From NCBI GenBank assembly GCA_963716255.1, contig OY970303.1:6752001-6816000 (forward strand): a stretch of DNA of 64,000 bases, in the 5' to 3' direction. Positions 52,201 through 62,500 of the stretch are shown here, in pieces (the stretch's first letter is position 1; every line of letters begins with the position of its first letter). The position numbers and the translations under genes are program-made. The notes under the pieces are model-generated. The model saw nothing but the letters and a program-made list of their open reading frames with translations, had not been told where the DNA came from and did no database searches. Source of the DNA: an uncultured Gemmatimonadales bacterium. GTDB lineage: Bacteria > Gemmatimonadota > Gemmatimonadetes > Longimicrobiales > Longimicrobiaceae.

Positions 52201-55200
52201 ACGCCTTCCTGGGCTGCTTCCCGGAGGTGCGCGTGGTGAACCTGTACGGCCCCACCGAGGCGAGCATCGGCTGCATCTGCCACCGGGTTACGGGGTCCGA
52301 GGGGGCGCGCATCCCCATCGGACGGCCCATCCGCAACACGCACGCGCTGGTCCTGGACGGACGCAGGGAGCCGGTGCCGGTGGGCGTGCCCGGCGAGCTG
52401 TACCTGTCGGGCGAGTGCCTGGGGCTGGGCTACCTGCACGACGAGGCCCGCACCCGCGAGGTGTTCGTGGACCACCCCTTCCCGGAGCTGGGGTACGCGC
52501 GGGCGTACCGCACGGGGGACCGCGTGCGGTGGCGGGCGGACGGGAACCTGGAGTACCTGGGGCGGGTGGACCAGCAGGTGAAGATCCGGGGCTTCCGCAT
52601 CGAGCCGGGGGAGGTCGAGGCGGCGCTGCGCGGGCACCCGGGGGTGCGGGAGGCCGTGGTGCACGTGCGGGAGGACGAGCCCGGGGAGCGGCGGCTGGTC
52701 GCGTACACGGTCCCGGAGGGCGAGGCCGTGCCGGTTGCCGCGCTGCGGTCGCACCTGCGGGAGCGGCTTCCGGAGTACATGGTGCCGGCGGCGTTCGTTT
52801 CCCTGGAGGCACTGCCACTCACGCCCGGCGGCAAGCTGGACGGTCGGGCGCTGCCCGCGCCGGAGCGGACGGAAGCGGGGGCGTACGTCGCTCCGCGCAC
52901 GCCGGTCCAGGAGGTCCTGGCGGGGATCTGGGCGGAGATCCTGCGCCTGGAGCGCGTGAGCGTGGAGGCGGGCTTCTTCGACCTGGGCGGGCACTCGCTG
53001 CTGGCGACGCGTGTGGTGTCGCGCGTTCGCGAGGCGCTCGGGGTGGAGCTGCCGCTGCGGGCGCTCTTCGAGGCGCCCACCGTGGCCGCGCTGGCCGGGC
53101 GCGTCGAGGCGCTGCGGCGCTCCGGCGCGTCCGCCGCGCCGCCGATCGTGCCGGTGCCGCGGGACGCGCCGCTTCCGCCGTCGTTCGCGCAGCAGCGGCT
53201 CTGGTTCCTCCACCAGATGGAGCCGGCGAGTCCCGCCTACAACATGCCCAATGCGCTCCGGCTGCGGGGCCCGCTGGACGTGGCCGCGCTGCGGGCCGCC
53301 CTCGACGCGCTGGCGCGCCGGCACGAAACGCTGCGCACCACGTTCGCCGAGGTGGCCGGCGCGCCCGTGCAGGTCATCCACCCGCCGGCGCAGGTGGAGC
53401 TCCCGCTCCTCGACCTCCGCGGGGTGCCGCATGCGGAGCGCGAGGCGGAGCGGCTGGCCGCCGCGGAGGCGCTGCGCCCCTTCGACCTGGCGCGCGGGCC
53501 GCTGCTGCGGAGCATGCTGCTGCGCCTGGGCGACGCCGACCACGCGCTGCTGTTCACGCTTCACCACGTGGTCAGCGACGGGTGGAGCATGGACGTGCTG
53601 ACCCGCGAGGTCTCGGCGCTGTACGACGCCTTCTCCCGCGGCGGGGAGCCGCGCCTGCCGGAGCTGCCGGTGCAGTACGCCGACTTCGCCGTCTGGCAGC
53701 GGAGCTGGCTCACGGGCGAGACGCTGGAGGCGCAGCTCGGCTACTGGCGCGGCCGCCTGGCCGGCGCTCCGCCGCTGCTGGAGATCCCCACCGACCGGCC
53801 CCGGGCGGTCGGGCAGGACCCGCGCGCGGCGGCCCACGCCTTCCTCCTCCCGCCCGGCCTGTCGCGGCGGCTGCGGGAGCTGTCCCGCGGGGAGGGGACG
53901 ACGCTGTTCATGACGCTGCTGGCAGGCTGGCAGGCGCTGCTGGGCCGCTGGTCGGGGCAGGACGACGTGGTGGTGGGGACCGCCGTCGCCGGGCGGAGCC
54001 GGCGCGAGACCGAGGGGCTGATCGGCTTCTTCGTCAACCTGCTCGCCCTGCGCGCCGACCTGTCCGGGGACCCCGCCTGGGCCGCCCTGCTGGGGAGGAC
54101 CCGGGAGGCGGCGCTGGGGGCGTACGACCACCAGGAGCTCCCCTTCGACCGGCTGGTGGAGGAGCTGGGCGTGGAGCGCAGCCTCACCCACTCGCCCGTC
54201 TTCCAGACCAACTTCACCCTGGAGCAGTCCGGCGGAGGCGGCGGTGGGCCGGCGCCGGCGGGGCCGGGCCTGGAGCCCTTCGCGGCGGGGACGCGTGCCG
54301 CCAAGTTCGACCTGGACCTGGTGATGGGCGACGCGGGGGAGGCCCTGGCCGGGACGATCGTGTACCGGCCGGCGCTCTTCGACGCCGGCACCGTCGCGCG
54401 CATGGCGGCGCACCTGGCGGCTCTCGTGGAGGCCATGGCGGCCGATCCGCGGAGCCGCGTTTCCGCGGCGCCGCTGCTGGGCGGAGCGGAGCGCGCGCAG
54501 CTGCTGGAAGAGTGGAGCGCCACCTCCGCCGCCGCCCCGCCGGCCTGCTTCCACGAGCTGTTCGCGGAGCAGGCCGCGCGCACGCCGGAAGCCGTCGCCG
54601 TCGTTTCCCCCGGTGCCACCCTTTCCTACGCCGAGCTGGAGCGGGAGGCGAACCGGCTCGCAGGCCACCTGCGGCGCCGCGGCGTCGGCCCGGAAGCGCG
54701 CGTCGCCGTCTGCCTGGAGCGCGGCGCGGACGGGGTCGTCGCCCTGCTGGGCGTGCTCGCGGCCGGCGGCGTCTACGTGCCGCTGGACCCCGCCTACCCC
54801 GCCGAGCGCCTGGCCTACGTGCTCGCCGACTCCGGCGCCCGGCTCCTGCTCACCCGCCGGCCGCTGCTCGACCGTCTCCCCGCCCACGCCGGCGAGACGG
54901 TCTGCCTCGACGCCGACGGCGGGCGCATCGCGGCGGAGAGCGCCCGGGCCCCCGGCGCCGGCGTGCTGCCGGAGAACCTGGCGTACGTCATCTACACCTC
55001 GGGCACCACCGGCCGCCCCAAGGGAGTGCTGGTCCCGCACCGGGGGCTCGCCGCCGTGGCGCGGGCGCAGGCGCGCCAGGCCGGCGTGGGGGCGGGAGAC
55101 CGGCTGCTCCAGTTCGCCTCGCCCGGCTTCGACGCGTCCGTGTCGGAGATGACCATGGCGCTGGCCTCCGGGGCCACCCTCGTGTCGGGGACGCGCGACG

Positions 55201-57077
55201 CGCTCGCCCCCGGGCCCGACCTCCTGCGCTTCCTCCGCGAGGAGGCGGTCACCGCCGCCATCCTTCCCCCCGCGGCGCTGGCCGCCATGACGCCGGAGGC
55301 GCTCCCGGCGCTGCGTACGCTGATGTCCGCCGGCGAGGCGTGCCCCGCCGAGGTGGTGGACCGCTGGGCCCCCGGCCGCCGCTTCTTCAACCTGTACGGC
55401 CCCACCGAAGCCACCATCTGCGCCACGGCGGCGGCGTGCGAGCCGGGCGGCGGGCGCCCCCCCATCGGGCGGCCGCTGGCCGGCACCACCGCGTACGTGC
55501 TGGACGCGTACGGAGAGCCGGTCCCCGTCGGCGTCCCCGGCGAGCTGTACGTGGGCGGCGTGGGGGTGGCGCGCGGCTACGGCGGCCGTCCCGAGCCAAC
55601 GGCCGAGCGCTTCGTCCCCGACCGCTTCGGCGAGGCGGGCGCGCGGCTGTACCGCACCGGCGACCGCGCCCGCTGGCGCCCCGACGGCGAGCTGGAGTTC
55701 CTGGGGCGGGTGGACGCGCAGGTAAAGATCCGCGGCTTCCGCGTCGAGCCGGGCGAGATCGAGAGCGTGCTGCGCGGGGAGCCCGGGGTGGCGGACGCCG
55801 TCGTCGTGGTGCGCGAGGACGTCCCCGGCGACCGCCGGATCGTCGCCTACGCGGTGCCGCGGGAGGGAGCGGAGCTGTCGGCGGCGGAGCTGAGCGGCCG
55901 CCTGGCCGGGCGGCTGCCGGAGTACATGGTCCCCCGCCACTTCGTCGCGCTGGAGCGGATCCCGCTCACGCCAAACGGCAAGCTGGACCGCCGGGCCCTC
56001 CCCCGGCCGAGCGTGAGCGGGCGCGACCGGACGATGCCCCGCGACCCCCTGGAGGCCACGCTGGTCCGCGTCTTCGAGGAGGTGCTGGGCGCCACCGGGG
56101 TGGGGCCGCGCGACAGCTTCTTCGAGCTGGGCGGGCACTCGCTCCTGGCGGTGCGGCTCATGTCCGCGCTGTACGGGGCCACGGGAGCACGGCTGCCGCT
56201 GACGACGCTCTTCCGGGCGCCCACCGTGGAGGGGCTGGCCGGGGAGATCCGCCGCGGCGGCGGGGGGGAGGTCCCGGTCCTGGTCCCGCTCCGCGCCACG
56301 GGGAGCCGCGCCCCGCTCGTCCTGGTGCACCCGGGTGGCGGGAGCATCCTGGCCTACGGCGCGCTCGCCGAGCGGCTGGGCGAGGAGCAGCCGGTGTGGG
56401 GCGTGCGCTCGCGCGGCATCGAGGAGGGCGAGCTCCCCAACCGGACCGTCGAGGCGATGGCCCGCGACTACCTGGCCGAGATCCGCGCCCGGTGGCCGGA
56501 GGGGCCGTACCGGCTGGGCGGCTGGTCCATGGGCGGGGTGGTCGCCTTCGAGATGGCGCGGCAGCTGGACGCGGCGGGGGAGGGCGTGGAGACGCTGGTC
56601 CTCATCGACTCGCAGGTCCCCTCGCTGTCCACGCCGGACCGGCCGCCCCCCGGCGGCGGCCTCGTCCTGGCACGGATGTTCGCGCGCGACCTCGGGCTGG
56701 GCGACGACCTTCTGCCCGCGCTCGATGCGGAGGCCGGCGACGGCGGCGAGGCGGCGTACCTGCGCCGGCTGCTCCACGCCGGGCAGGCCGCGGGGCGGCT
56801 TCCCGCGAGCCTCGACCCGTCATTGCTGGAGCGCCTGTACGGCATCTTCCGGATCAACCTGGAGGCGCTGCACGCGTACCGGCCGGGGGAATACGGCGGG
56901 AGCGCCACCCTGCTTCGCGCCGCCGACGGCGATCCGGCCGGGAAACCGGACCTGGGCTGGGGGCGCGTCGTCCGGGGCGGGGTGGACGTGCGAACCGTCC
57001 CCGGCACGCACCACACCATGGTTCGCGAGCCCCGGGCGGAGGCGCTTGCCCGCGAAATGGAGCGCGCGCTCGGGTGA
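40209..57077 (+). CDS. Terminal NRPS, 5 modules (C-A-T)x5-TE, 5622 aa
   Basis: ATG 40209 overlaps the upstream stop (ATGA), with GGAGG at 40197-40201, and reads [16 protein letters not shown]. It is the real part of ORF 36615..57077 and ends in a TE with GWSMG and VPGTHHTM. Confidence 0.96.
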   Translation: MSGIADRLAQLSPERRAALQELLRKRPAAAAAPQEIRPLPRDGGSLPASFAQRRLWFVQQMEPRSWAYNMAYPLRLAGGLDARALRRALTAVVARHEALRTTLEERGGEPVQVIHPPAPVRLPTIELRGIAAGAREREARRLVEAEARRPFDLARGPLLRTALLRTGDDEAVVLLAMHHAVTDGWSMEVLVREVSALYAAEQRGEPAQLPPLPVQYADYAAWQRAWLSGETLAEHVGWWRAQLEGAPTLLEMPTDRPRPAVPGDAAAYHGFSLGRAISAALQALARREGATPFMTLLAAWQLLLARYAGQDDVLVGTPIAGRNRRETEGLIGFFVNTLVLRAEVRGEASFADLLRQVRERTLGAYQHQELPFEKLVEELGVERSLAHTPLFQVTFALQNNEQGELSLGGAEVQALERGGSAAKFDLMLSLGEAGDEIGGGLEYRSELWEAATIERMAGHYLAVLEAVAAAPEARLSELQLLGAAERRQVLEEWNRTDAEYPAEPCVHRLFEAQAERAPDAAAVLSGAVRLTYAELNRRADGLAHRLRGLGVGPETRVGLCLERGAEMVACVLAVLKAGGAYVPLDPAHPRDRLAWMLADSGARVLLTQSGLAGGFDGFDGEVVRVDETAPAPAADLAPSHAATAENLAYVLYTSGSTGRPKGVLVQHGSLANLLAATREAFGVGPGDVMPALASYAFDIWLFETLLPLTSGAAVRLVERERILDPDALVEEVSDATLLHAVPALMRRIAQAERERPRLGRLRRAFVGGDRVPADLLAEMRAALPSARISVLYGPTEGTILASTHAVPESGVVEGHPIGRPLGNVRLYVCDAPGNPQPVGVPGELRIGGAGVARGYLGQPGRTAEGFVPDAFSGRPGARLYRAGDRVRRLASGELEFLGRMDQQVKVRGFRIEPGEIEARLREHPGVREAAVLAREDAPGQTRLVAYVVGEADAEALRAYLGRSLPEHMVPGAFVALERLPLTPNGKLDRGALPAPEHEAAAEYVAPRTATEEVLAGIWAEVLGVERVGVTASFFALGGHSLLATRVVSRARQALGVELPLRALFEAPTVAALAERVEALRAAGRGPAAPPIVPVPREGSAPPLSFAQQRLWLVDRIEPGSAAYNMPSALRLRGALDVAALRAALDALVRRHETLRTTFAERGGVPAQVIHPPAAVPLPLVDLRALPAAGREARAERLARAEAMRPFDLARGPLLRCTLLCLGEEDHVLCFTLHHVVGDGWSMQVLVREVSATYGGFVRGEPASLPELPIQYADYAVWQRGWLSGETLERQLDYWRTALADAPPLLDLPTDHPRPPRMTVEGAVHAFSIPAEVVDAMRELSRLEGATLFMTFLAAWNVLLSRRAGQDDVLVGTPIAGRTRVELEGLIGFFVNTLVIRTDLSDAGRLPFRELLGRVRESTLGAYQHQELPFEKLVEELQPERSLQHTPLFQAMFVLQNLERSELRLGGLETAPLAGGGDAAAFDLVLTLAETGDAMHGVLSYRSALWEAETVARMGEQLGVLLRGIAADPSRPVAGIPLLPADERAQVLEGWNRTGRDFPDAPVHELFAAQVERAPDATALVAGELRLSYAELDRESDRLAHHLRRLGVGVESRVAIWLERSPELVVAGLAVLKAGGAFVPLDPAYPVERLAFMLADSGARVVLTREALAGRIPAHEASLVLLDRDPIAAAPQEAPRVEVPREATAYVIYTSGSTGRPKGVAVPHRGVPNLVRVMAGAHRLTPRSRVLQFASPSFDAAVFEIFFTLGTGAALYLPPAGEGPLAGAELAEWLTARGITHLTLSPSALAVIPDQAALPTLETLMLAGEALPAALAERWAPRVPRLLNAYGPTEATVCATIGDPLRQGQPATIGRPVANVRTYVLDPWGGPVPVGVPGELYVGGVGVARGYVNRPGLTAERFVPDGFGREAGGRLYRTGDRARWLASGELEFLGRVDDQVKIRGYRIEPGEIESVLRAHPGVRDAVAVAREDAPGEKRLVAYVVPEEGEELPAAGLRASLAARLPEYMVPAAFVALERLPLTANGKLDRRALPAPERETSPHAGPRTEAEEVLAGIWAEVLRLESVGTGENFFELGGHSLLATQVVSRARQAFGAEVPLKALFESPTVAGLAARIQALRDAGAPAAPPIARVARTEPPPLSFAQQRLWLVDRIEPGSAAYNMPSALRLRGMLDVAALRAGLDALVRRHETLRTVFAEHGGEAVQVVCAPAPSALPVVDLRALPEAELAAGRLAAEEALRPFDLARGPLLRGTLLRLGEEDHVLCLTMHHVVSDGWSMDVLTREVSAFYEAFSRGAEPRLPELPVQYADFAVWQRAWLSGPTLEAQLAYWRERLAGAPAFLELPTDRPRPAAKGHRGGMRALRIGAAAAGELRAFGRREDATPFMTLLAAFSVLLARWSGQADVVVGIPIAGRTRRETEGLIGFFLNTLALRTDLSGDPTFREVLGRVRETTLGAYAHQDLPFERILEEIQPPRSLGHSPVFQVMLNLQNLSAEAPAGLEGLRTERFGSPAPAAKYDLTLYALESDGGIDLSLVYDADLFEDARAAEALAQLGTLLAAAVDDPEQRVSALPLLTEEERRALSCRARGVGTDRAFAGFARGEIEQTIPARFAAQARLHPDRPAVRTRTTTLTYAELDRAAEGVARAILRRRTARPERVALLFEHDAAMIVGMLGVLKAGKTYVPIDPLYPRERSAYVLEDSGAAALVTNRANLELARELAGGRIALVDVDSARAEGPSASTEARRPAAPGEPAYILYTSGSTGRPKGVVQSHRNVLHFIRVYTGNLRIGSDDRLTLFSSYTFDASVMAIYGALLNGATLCPFDWREEAASGVAEWMRREGITLYHSTPTVFRHLAAELAPGERFPAARLVVLGGEEAQRRDLDAFNRHFPPGATLVNGLGPTESTVTLQHFIGRGEEPARSSLSVGHPVEETDVLLLNGVGEQAAVYGVGEIVIRGPHLALGYWGSPERTAAAFTPDPAGGPLRCYRTGDLGRRLPGGGIEFIGRSDFQLKVRGFRVEPGEVEAALREHPAVRQAAAAPWEDDRGERRLAAYWVPAEGADASTAELRAWMRERIPEYMVPSALVRLDALPLTPSGKVDRLALPAPELQRSQAGPAPSTPEEAVLAEIFADVLGRDAVGTGEDFFELGGHSLRATRVVARVREAFGVELPLRALFEAPTVAGLARRVEAAGGAPRPPGGMEGAPAGRPAGGVADRLARLSPERRAALQALRRQPAAPPEIRPRAEDGPAPLSFAQQRLWFLQQMEPRSWAYNLAYPLRIFGALDARTLRRVLAAVVRRHEALRTTLEARGGEPVQVVHPAAPGEMPVLDLRGLPAAAREREAQRLAEAESRRPFDLARGPLLRTTLLRLGDEETVALFTVHHVVSDGWSMGIFVREVSTLYDAVSRGAEAHLPPLPIQYADYAAWQRARLSGETLEEQLAFWREQLWDAPPLLELPTDRPRPAVLDGSGAALPFHVRPAAARALRALGQREGATPFMTLLAAWQLLLGRYAGTEDVVVGTPIAGRTHVELEGLIGFFVNTLVLRTGLSGEASFRELLGRVRESTLAAYQHQEIPFEKLVEELGADRGLDRTPLFQVMLTFQNTETGELVLGGLRLEPFAGAPSRVNADLSFTLGEAGDALTGAMEYRTTLFDPGTVARHLEHFGVLLEEIAADPERDVRELSLLSAAERRKVVAEWNDTAAPRSGRPVHESFDVQAERTPGAVAAVCGSRSLTYAELRRRADLVAARLRARGIGRGSYVPVLLDRGLDVPVALLGVLKSGAAFSPLDVHWPLARIRTILDDLGCGIVLGNDRTPFREEELGRTLLRVDVEDFSAVDPVPGRLDPVEGEDPIYVIYTSGSTGTPKGVVVPHRGIANRFRWMDEYFGTAAAAAVVQTTRHVYDSAVWQLLWPLVNGGRTVLPASDEELAAEPLAALVREHGVTMTDFVPSVFNTLVPQLVGDERLRRGLASLRVVVVGGEQITPATTYAFLGCFPEVRVVNLYGPTEASIGCICHRVTGSEGARIPIGRPIRNTHALVLDGRREPVPVGVPGELYLSGECLGLGYLHDEARTREVFVDHPFPELGYARAYRTGDRVRWRADGNLEYLGRVDQQVKIRGFRIEPGEVEAALRGHPGVREAVVHVREDEPGERRLVAYTVPEGEAVPVAALRSHLRERLPEYMVPAAFVSLEALPLTPGGKLDGRALPAPERTEAGAYVAPRTPVQEVLAGIWAEILRLERVSVEAGFFDLGGHSLLATRVVSRVREALGVELPLRALFEAPTVAALAGRVEALRRSGASAAPPIVPVPRDAPLPPSFAQQRLWFLHQMEPASPAYNMPNALRLRGPLDVAALRAALDALARRHETLRTTFAEVAGAPVQVIHPPAQVELPLLDLRGVPHAEREAERLAAAEALRPFDLARGPLLRSMLLRLGDADHALLFTLHHVVSDGWSMDVLTREVSALYDAFSRGGEPRLPELPVQYADFAVWQRSWLTGETLEAQLGYWRGRLAGAPPLLEIPTDRPRAVGQDPRAAAHAFLLPPGLSRRLRELSRGEGTTLFMTLLAGWQALLGRWSGQDDVVVGTAVAGRSRRETEGLIGFFVNLLALRADLSGDPAWAALLGRTREAALGAYDHQELPFDRLVEELGVERSLTHSPVFQTNFTLEQSGGGGGGPAPAGPGLEPFAAGTRAAKFDLDLVMGDAGEALAGTIVYRPALFDAGTVARMAAHLAALVEAMAADPRSRVSAAPLLGGAERAQLLEEWSATSAAAPPACFHELFAEQAARTPEAVAVVSPGATLSYAELEREANRLAGHLRRRGVGPEARVAVCLERGADGVVALLGVLAAGGVYVPLDPAYPAERLAYVLADSGARLLLTRRPLLDRLPAHAGETVCLDADGGRIAAESARAPGAGVLPENLAYVIYTSGTTGRPKGVLVPHRGLAAVARAQARQAGVGAGDRLLQFASPGFDASVSEMTMALASGATLVSGTRDALAPGPDLLRFLREEAVTAAILPPAALAAMTPEALPALRTLMSAGEACPAEVVDRWAPGRRFFNLYGPTEATICATAAACEPGGGRPPIGRPLAGTTAYVLDAYGEPVPVGVPGELYVGGVGVARGYGGRPEPTAERFVPDRFGEAGARLYRTGDRARWRPDGELEFLGRVDAQVKIRGFRVEPGEIESVLRGEPGVADAVVVVREDVPGDRRIVAYAVPREGAELSAAELSGRLAGRLPEYMVPRHFVALERIPLTPNGKLDRRALPRPSVSGRDRTMPRDPLEATLVRVFEEVLGATGVGPRDSFFELGGHSLLAVRLMSALYGATGARLPLTTLFRAPTVEGLAGEIRRGGGGEVPVLVPLRATGSRAPLVLVHPGGGSILAYGALAERLGEEQPVWGVRSRGIEEGELPNRTVEAMARDYLAEIRARWPEGPYRLGGWSMGGVVAFEMARQLDAAGEGVETLVLIDSQVPSLSTPDRPPPGGGLVLARMFARDLGLGDDLLPALDAEAGDGGEAAYLRRLLHAGQAAGRLPASLDPSLLERLYGIFRINLEALHAYRPGEYGGSATLLRAADGDPAGKPDLGWGRVVRGGVDVRTVPGTHHTMVREPRAEALAREMERALG
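41720..43190 (+). other. A domain, code DIFHFGLILK (near-identical copy of 35200-36670)
   Basis: Same motifs; the nucleotide sequence aligns at offset 6524. Confidence 0.5.
44890..46360 (+). other. A domain, code DAFTMAAVCK: Phe-like aromatic
   Basis: FDAAVFE / HLTLSP / LMLAGE / [11 protein letters not shown], close to the Phe code DAWTIAAICK. Confidence 0.65.
48060..49560 (+). other. Divergent A domain, code DAMHVGGVTK: unassigned
   Basis: FDASVMA / LYHSTP / VVLGGE / [12 protein letters not shown]6 reads [15 protein letters not shown]. Confidence 0.5.
51360..52860 (+). other. Divergent A domain, code DSWDVGLIGK: unassigned polar
   Basis: YDSAVWQ / MTDFVPS / VVVGGE / [12 protein letters not shown]6 reads [14 protein letters not shown]. 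Confidence 0.5.
54545..56010 (+). other. A domain, code DASIMALICK: Tyr-like aromatic (uncertain)
   Basis: FDASVSE / AAILPP / LMSAGE / [11 protein letters not shown], partly resembling the Tyr code DASTIAAVCK. Confidence 0.5.
56280..57074 (+). other. Type I thioesterase domain
   Basis: LVHPGGG, GGWSMGG nucleophile elbow (about 56517), LIDS and VPGTHHTM. Confidence 0.92.
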
Positions 57078-57118
57078 AAGCGGATCCGCCTGGAACGGCA
57101 GGGTACGGCGGGTTTCGG

Positions 57119-57249
57119 GCGTGCCCCCGGCTGGCGCCGGGGCCGGGCTTCGGCTCCGTAGAGCAGCAAACAACGCTGCTCAACGGAGTCGAGCCCCGGC
57201 GGAAACAGCCCCGCCGGGTCTCGCCCCTTCGGGCCGAAATCCCTCACGC
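57119..57249. ncRNA. Candidate structured RNA or REP-like multi-hairpin element
   Basis: Closing stem GCGTG (57119-23)/CACGC (57245-49) encloses four hairpins: CCCCGGC/GCCGGGG (57125-42), CGGCTCCGT-A-GAGCAGC/GCTGCTC-A-ACGGAGTCG (57151-91), CCCGGCGG/CCGCCGGG (57195-218) and GCCC/GGGC (57223-34). Confidence 0.55.
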
Positions 57250-57506
57250 GGGGTGGGCGCTGGCGTCCGCAAGGGTGGGCCCCCTCACCCCCCGCGAGCG
57301 GGCGAAAGGGGGAGAACCGCACGGCATCCCTGCCTTCGGCGCCTCGCGGATGACGCGGGGCGCCTGATCGACCCGGGTTCCGTATGAAACCGCACCGGGC
57401 ACGAGCCGGAGCCGCGGGGCTGCCGCCCGCGCTCTCCACCCGGCGGCCGACCGCGCGGTGTTTCGGTGCGCCGGCGCGCCGCGGGGGCTCCCGACGGGGC
57501 ACCCCG

Positions 57507-57600
57507 ACTTATATGTTCTGACACTACAGGATACGATTGGATGTCGTGTAATAGAAGACAGCAAATGTCATACGTGGTGTGCCGTATGGGTTTTGGAAGG
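57507..57600 (+). promoter_or_regulatory. AT-rich putative promoter/operator region for the FAAL-NRPS gene
   Basis: The only markedly AT-rich patch in the window, about 190-280 nt upstream of ATG 57789. It has inverted repeats GACA-N5-TGTC (57557-69) and CATACG-N8-CGTATG (57569-88). No well-spaced -35/-10 pair was found. Confidence 0.5.
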
Positions 57601-57788
57601 GATCCGGTGGGTGCTGAAGCCGGCGTGCTCCCACGGCGCCTCCCGCGCGGCCCGGCGCGGCCGACCGTCCGGCGGAGAACACCCGGCGGGAGAGGCTTTT
57701 GCCTCGCGCGGCATCCTGTGCTCCGCCGCGAGGGAGCAGGCGCCCGCGCCTGCAAGCCGTTCGAAGCGACTCCCGGCCTCCGCACCCC

Positions 57789-59500
57789 ATGCTGAATCCA
57801 CATCCTGCGTCCTCGCTCGTAGATCTCCTCCGGTTCCGGGCGGACGAGGACCCGGCCGGGTGCGCCTACACCTTCCTGCTGAACGGGGAGATCGAAGAGG
57901 GGCACCTCACCTACGGCGAGCTCGACCTGCGCGCCCGGGCCGTGGCCGCCCGCCTCCAGTCGCTCGGCGCGCGCGGGGAGCGGGCGCTCCTGCTCTACCC
58001 GCCGGGGCTGGAGTACGTCGCCGCCCTGTTCGGCTGCTTCTACGCCGGGGTGACCGCGGTCCCCGCCTACCCGCCGCGCCGCAACCGGACCGACGCACGC
58101 CTGCAGAGCATCGTGGCCGACTGCCGGCCCACCCTCGCGCTCACCACCCGCGAGCTGCTGGGCGAGGCGGAGCGGCTGTGCGCGAGCACCCCCGAGCTTG
58201 GCGGGCTGCGCTGGCTCGCCACCGAGGACGTGCCCGCGGACGAGGCCGGCTCGTGGGCCGACCCGGAGGCATCCGGCGACACGCTGGCCTTCCTCCAGTA
58301 CACCTCGGGCTCCACGGCCGCGCCCAAGGGCGTGATGGTCAGCCACGGCAACCTCCTCCACAACTTCGCCGTCATCGAGGGCTTCTGCGGCTACACGCCC
58401 GCGACGCGCTCGGTCATCTGGCTGCCGCCGTACCACGACATGGGGCTCATCGGCGGCATCCTCCAGCCGCTGTTCACCGGGTACTGGGCCGCGCTGTTCT
58501 CGCCGGTGGCCTTCATCCAGCGTCCGGCGCGGTGGCTGGAGGCGATCTCGCGCTACCGGGCCACCAGCAGCGGCGGGCCCAACTTCGCCTACGAGCTGTG
58601 CGTGCACGCGGTGCGGCCCGAGGAGCGTGCGGGGCTGGACCTGAGCCACTGGGAGATCGCCTTCAACGGGGCGGAGCCGGTGCGGGCAGAGACGCTGCGC
58701 GCCTTCGGCGAAGCGTTCGCGGAGAGCGGGTTCCGGGAGCGGGCGTTCTACCCATGCTACGGGCTGGCCGAGGCGACGCTGATGGTCACCGGCAGCCAGC
58801 CGCCGGAGCCGCCGGTGGTGCGCGCCGTAGACGCCGGGGCGCTGGGGGAGGGGATGGTGCGCGAGGCGGAGCCGGAGGGGCGCTACCGGCTGGTGGGGAG
58901 CGGGCGGAGCGCGCCGTCGCAGCGGGTGGTCATCGTGGACCCGGTGACGCTGCGCGCGTGCCCGGCCGACCGGGTGGGGGAGGTGTGGGTGGCGGGCGCG
59001 AGCGTCGCGCGCGGGTACTGGGGCCGCGCTGAGGAAACGGCCGAGACCTTCGCGGCGTTCGAATCGGCGACCGGGGAGGGGCCGTTCCTGCGCACGGGGG
59101 ACCTGGGCTTCCTGGACGACGGCGAGCTCTTCGTCACGGGCCGGCTCAAGGACCTGATCGTCATCCGCGGACGCAACCACTACCCGCAGGACATCGAGCA
59201 GACCGCCATCCGCAGCCACGATGGGCTTCGCGCGGGGCTCGGCGCGGCGTTCAGCGTGGACCAGGGCGGGGAGGAGCGCCTGGTGGTGGTGCACGAAGTG
59301 TCGCGCCAGGCTGCGGCCGGGATGGACGTGGAGGAGGTGGGCGAGGCGATCCGCCGCGCGGTGGCGGCCGAGCACGGGGTGCAGGTGCACGCGGTGGCCG
59401 TGGTGCGCCCCGGCGGCGTGCCCAGGACCAGCAGCGGCAAGGTCCAGCGCCGGGCGTGCAGGGCGCGGTTCCTGGCCGGGGAGCTTCCCCTGGTGGGGGT
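57789..59500 (+). other. Fatty acyl-AMP ligase (FAAL) domain
   Basis: AYTFL, VPAYPP, FLQYTSGST, WLPPYHDMGLIG, GGPNFAYELC, CYGLAEATL, GRNHYPQDIE and PRTSSGKVQR. Confidence 0.92.
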
Positions 59501-62500
59501 GAGCGTGCGGGAGGACGCGGCGAGCGCGGCTGCGCTCCCGTTCGCCGCCGGCATCACCCGCGAAGCGCTGGAGGCCGCCGGGCCCGGGGAGCGGCAGGCG
59601 CTGCTGGAGGATTTCCTGGTGGAGCGGGCCGCGCGGGTGCTGGGGGTGGATCCCGCCCGGGTGGACCGGGAGCGGCCGCTGGTGGCGCTGGGGATGGACT
59701 CGCTGCGCGCCATGGAGCTGAAGGGCGCGCTGGAGGCGAGCCTGGGTGCGGCGCTGCCGGTCTCCGCGCTGCTGGACGACGCCGGGATCGAGCGCCTGGC
59801 CGTGGATCTCCTGCAGGCGATGTTCACGGCGGACGCCGCCGCGCCCGTGCCCGCCGCCGCGGGGGAGGGCGACGCCCCGCTCTCCTTCGCGCAGGAGCGG
59901 CTGTGGTTCCTGGACCGCCTGCAGCCCGGGAGCGCCGCCTACAACCTGGCCGGGGCGCTCCGCCTGCGCGGCGCGCTGGACGCCGCCGCGCTGCGGCGGA
60001 GCCTGTCGGCAACCACCCGCCGGCACGAAGCCCTGCGCACCGTTTTCCCCGAGGCCGGCGGGCGGCCCGTGCAGCGGGTGCTGGCCGCCGCGGAGCCGCC
60101 GCTTCCCGGGGCGGACCTGTCGCGGCTGGACCCGGCGGACCGGGAGGCGGAGGCGCGCCGGGCCGCGGAGGCGGCCGCGCGGACGCCGTTCGACCTGGCC
60201 ACGGGGCCGCCGTTCCGCGCGCGGCTGCTGCGGCTGGGCCGTGACGAGCACCTGCTGGTGCTGGGGATGCACCACATCGTCGGCGACGGGTGGTCCACCG
60301 GGGTGGTGGTGCGCGAGCTGGCCGCGCTGTACGGCGCGTTCGCGGCGGGCGCCCCCTCGCCGCTCGCCCCGCTCCGGGCGCGCTACGCCGACTTCGCCGC
60401 CGGGGAGCGCGAGCGGCTGCGCGGCGAGGCGGTGGACGGAGAGGTGGCCTACTGGCGCGGGCGCCTCGCCGGGCTCGCGCCGCTGGAGCTTCCCACCACG
60501 CGCCCGCGCCCCGCCGTGCAGAGCTTCCGGGGCGCGACCCACCGCTTCCGCGTCCCGGCCGGGCCGGCCGCCGCGCTCGCGGCGCTCGGCCGCGGCGAGG
60601 GGGCCACCCTCCACATGACGCTGCTGGCCGTCTTCGCCGCGCTCCTGGCCCGCTACTCCGGGGCGGAGGACGTGGCGGTGGGCACGCCCGTGGCCGGCCG
60701 CGACACGGAGGAGGCGCGCGCGCTGGTGGGGCTGTTCGTCAACACGGTCGTGCTCCGCGTCGACCTGTCGGGCGACCCTCCGTTCCGGCAGCTGCTCCGC
60801 CGGGTTCGCGAGACCAGCCTGGAGGCCTATTCGCACGGGGGGCTCCCCTTCGAGAAGCTGGTGGAAGCGCTCCGGCCCGCGCGCGACCTGGGGCGGAACC
60901 CGCTCTTCCAGGTGATGTTCGGCCTCCAAGACCGCGCGGCGGACCCGGGAAGCGCCGCCGGGGTGTCGCTGGAGGTCGAGGCCGTGGACACCGGCACCTC
61001 CAAGCTGGACCTGACCCTGTTCCTGGCCGAGGAGCGGGACGGCGCCCTGTCGGCGGCGCTGGAGTACGCGACCGACCTGTTCGACCCGCGCGCGGCGGCG
61101 GCGCTCGCCGGCCACTACGGGGAAGTGCTGGCGTCGGCGGTGCGCGACCCCCGGACCCGCGTCTCCGCGCTGGAGCTGCTGACTCCCGGCGAGCGGGCGC
61201 GCATCCTGGAGGAGTGGAACGGGACGGGCCGTGCCGTGCCGCCGGTGTGCGTCCACGACCTGTTCACCGCGCAGGCGGCGCGCACGCCGGAGGCGCTCGC
61301 GGCGGCGTCGGCGGGGGAAGCGCTCAGCTACGCCGAGCTGGAGCGGCGCTCGGCGGCGCTCGCCCGGCTGCTGCGGGGGCGCGGCGTGGGCCCCGACGTG
61401 CGCGTCGGCGTGTGCCTGGAGCGGGGGACCGGGCTGCTGGTGGGGCTGCTGGGCGTGCTCCGCGCCGGGGGCGCGTACGTGCCGCTGGACCCGTCGTATC
61501 CCCGGGACCGGCTCGCCTACATGCTGGCGGACGCGCGGGTGCCGGTGCTGCTCACCGAGGCGGGGCTCGCGTCCGCGATTCCCGCGCACGGCGCGGACGT
61601 GGTGCTCCTGGAAGAGGCGGGCGAGGGTGGAGACGGGACGCACCCGGACGGCGGCGCCGTCGCCGCGAACGCCGCGTACGTGATCTACACCTCCGGCTCC
61701 ACGGGGCGGCCCAAGGGGGTGGTGGTGCCGCACGGAGCCGTGGTCAACCTGCTCGCCGCCATGGCGCGCGAGCTCGACGCCGGCCCCGCGGACGTGCTGC
61801 TGGCCGTCACCCCCCTCTCGTTCGACATCTCCGTCCTGGAGCTCTTCCTGCCGCTGTCCGTGGGCGCGGCCGTGGCGCTGGCGGACGCCGCGACCGCGTC
61901 CGACGGCGCGCGGCTGGGCGGTGCCCTGGCGGAGCTCCGCCCGAGCGTGATGCAGGCGACCCCCGCGACCTGGCAGATGCTGCTGGAGGCCGGGTGGGAG
62001 GGGCTGCCGGGCCTGGCGATGCTCTGCGGGGGCGAGGCGCTCGCCCCCGGGCTCGCGGCGCGGCTGCGCACGCGCGGGGCGCGGCTGTGGAACGTCTACG
62101 GCCCCACCGAGACGACCATCTGGTCGACCGCGGCGCGGATGACGGACGACGGTCCCGTGACCGTGGGGCGCCCGCTCGCCAACACGCGCGTCTACGTCCT
62201 GGACCGCCACGGACGGCCGGTGCCCGCCGGGGTGCCGGGGGCGCTGTTCATCGGCGGGAGCGGGGTGGCGCGGGGATACCACGAGCGGCCGGAGCTGACG
62301 GCCGAGCGCTTCGTCCCCGACCCGTTCGGGCCGGAGCCCGGCGGGCGGCTGTACGAGACCGGCGACCGCGCCCGGTTCCTCGCGGACGGCCGCGTCGAGC
62401 ACCTGGGCCGCGCCGACGACCAGGTCAAGGTGCGCGGCTTCCGCGTCGAGCCCGGCGAGGTGGAGAGCGCGCTGGCGGAGCACCCCGGCGTGCTCCGCGC

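Noticed and set aside
39879..56777. Huge antisense ORFs (5632 aa here; also 14768..25189, 31123..39990 and 57285..63992)
   Set aside because: These are codon-register mirrors of the sense NRPS. Extreme GC3 bias removes antisense stops, and no domain motifs are present.
57078..57260. Rho-independent terminator or tRNA after the TE gene
   Set aside because: The hairpins lack a following U-tract, and there are no tRNA T-loop or D-loop consensus motifs.
57458..59032. 524-aa ORF over the FAAL region
   Set aside because: Wrong frame; the FAAL motifs are in the frame starting at 57789.
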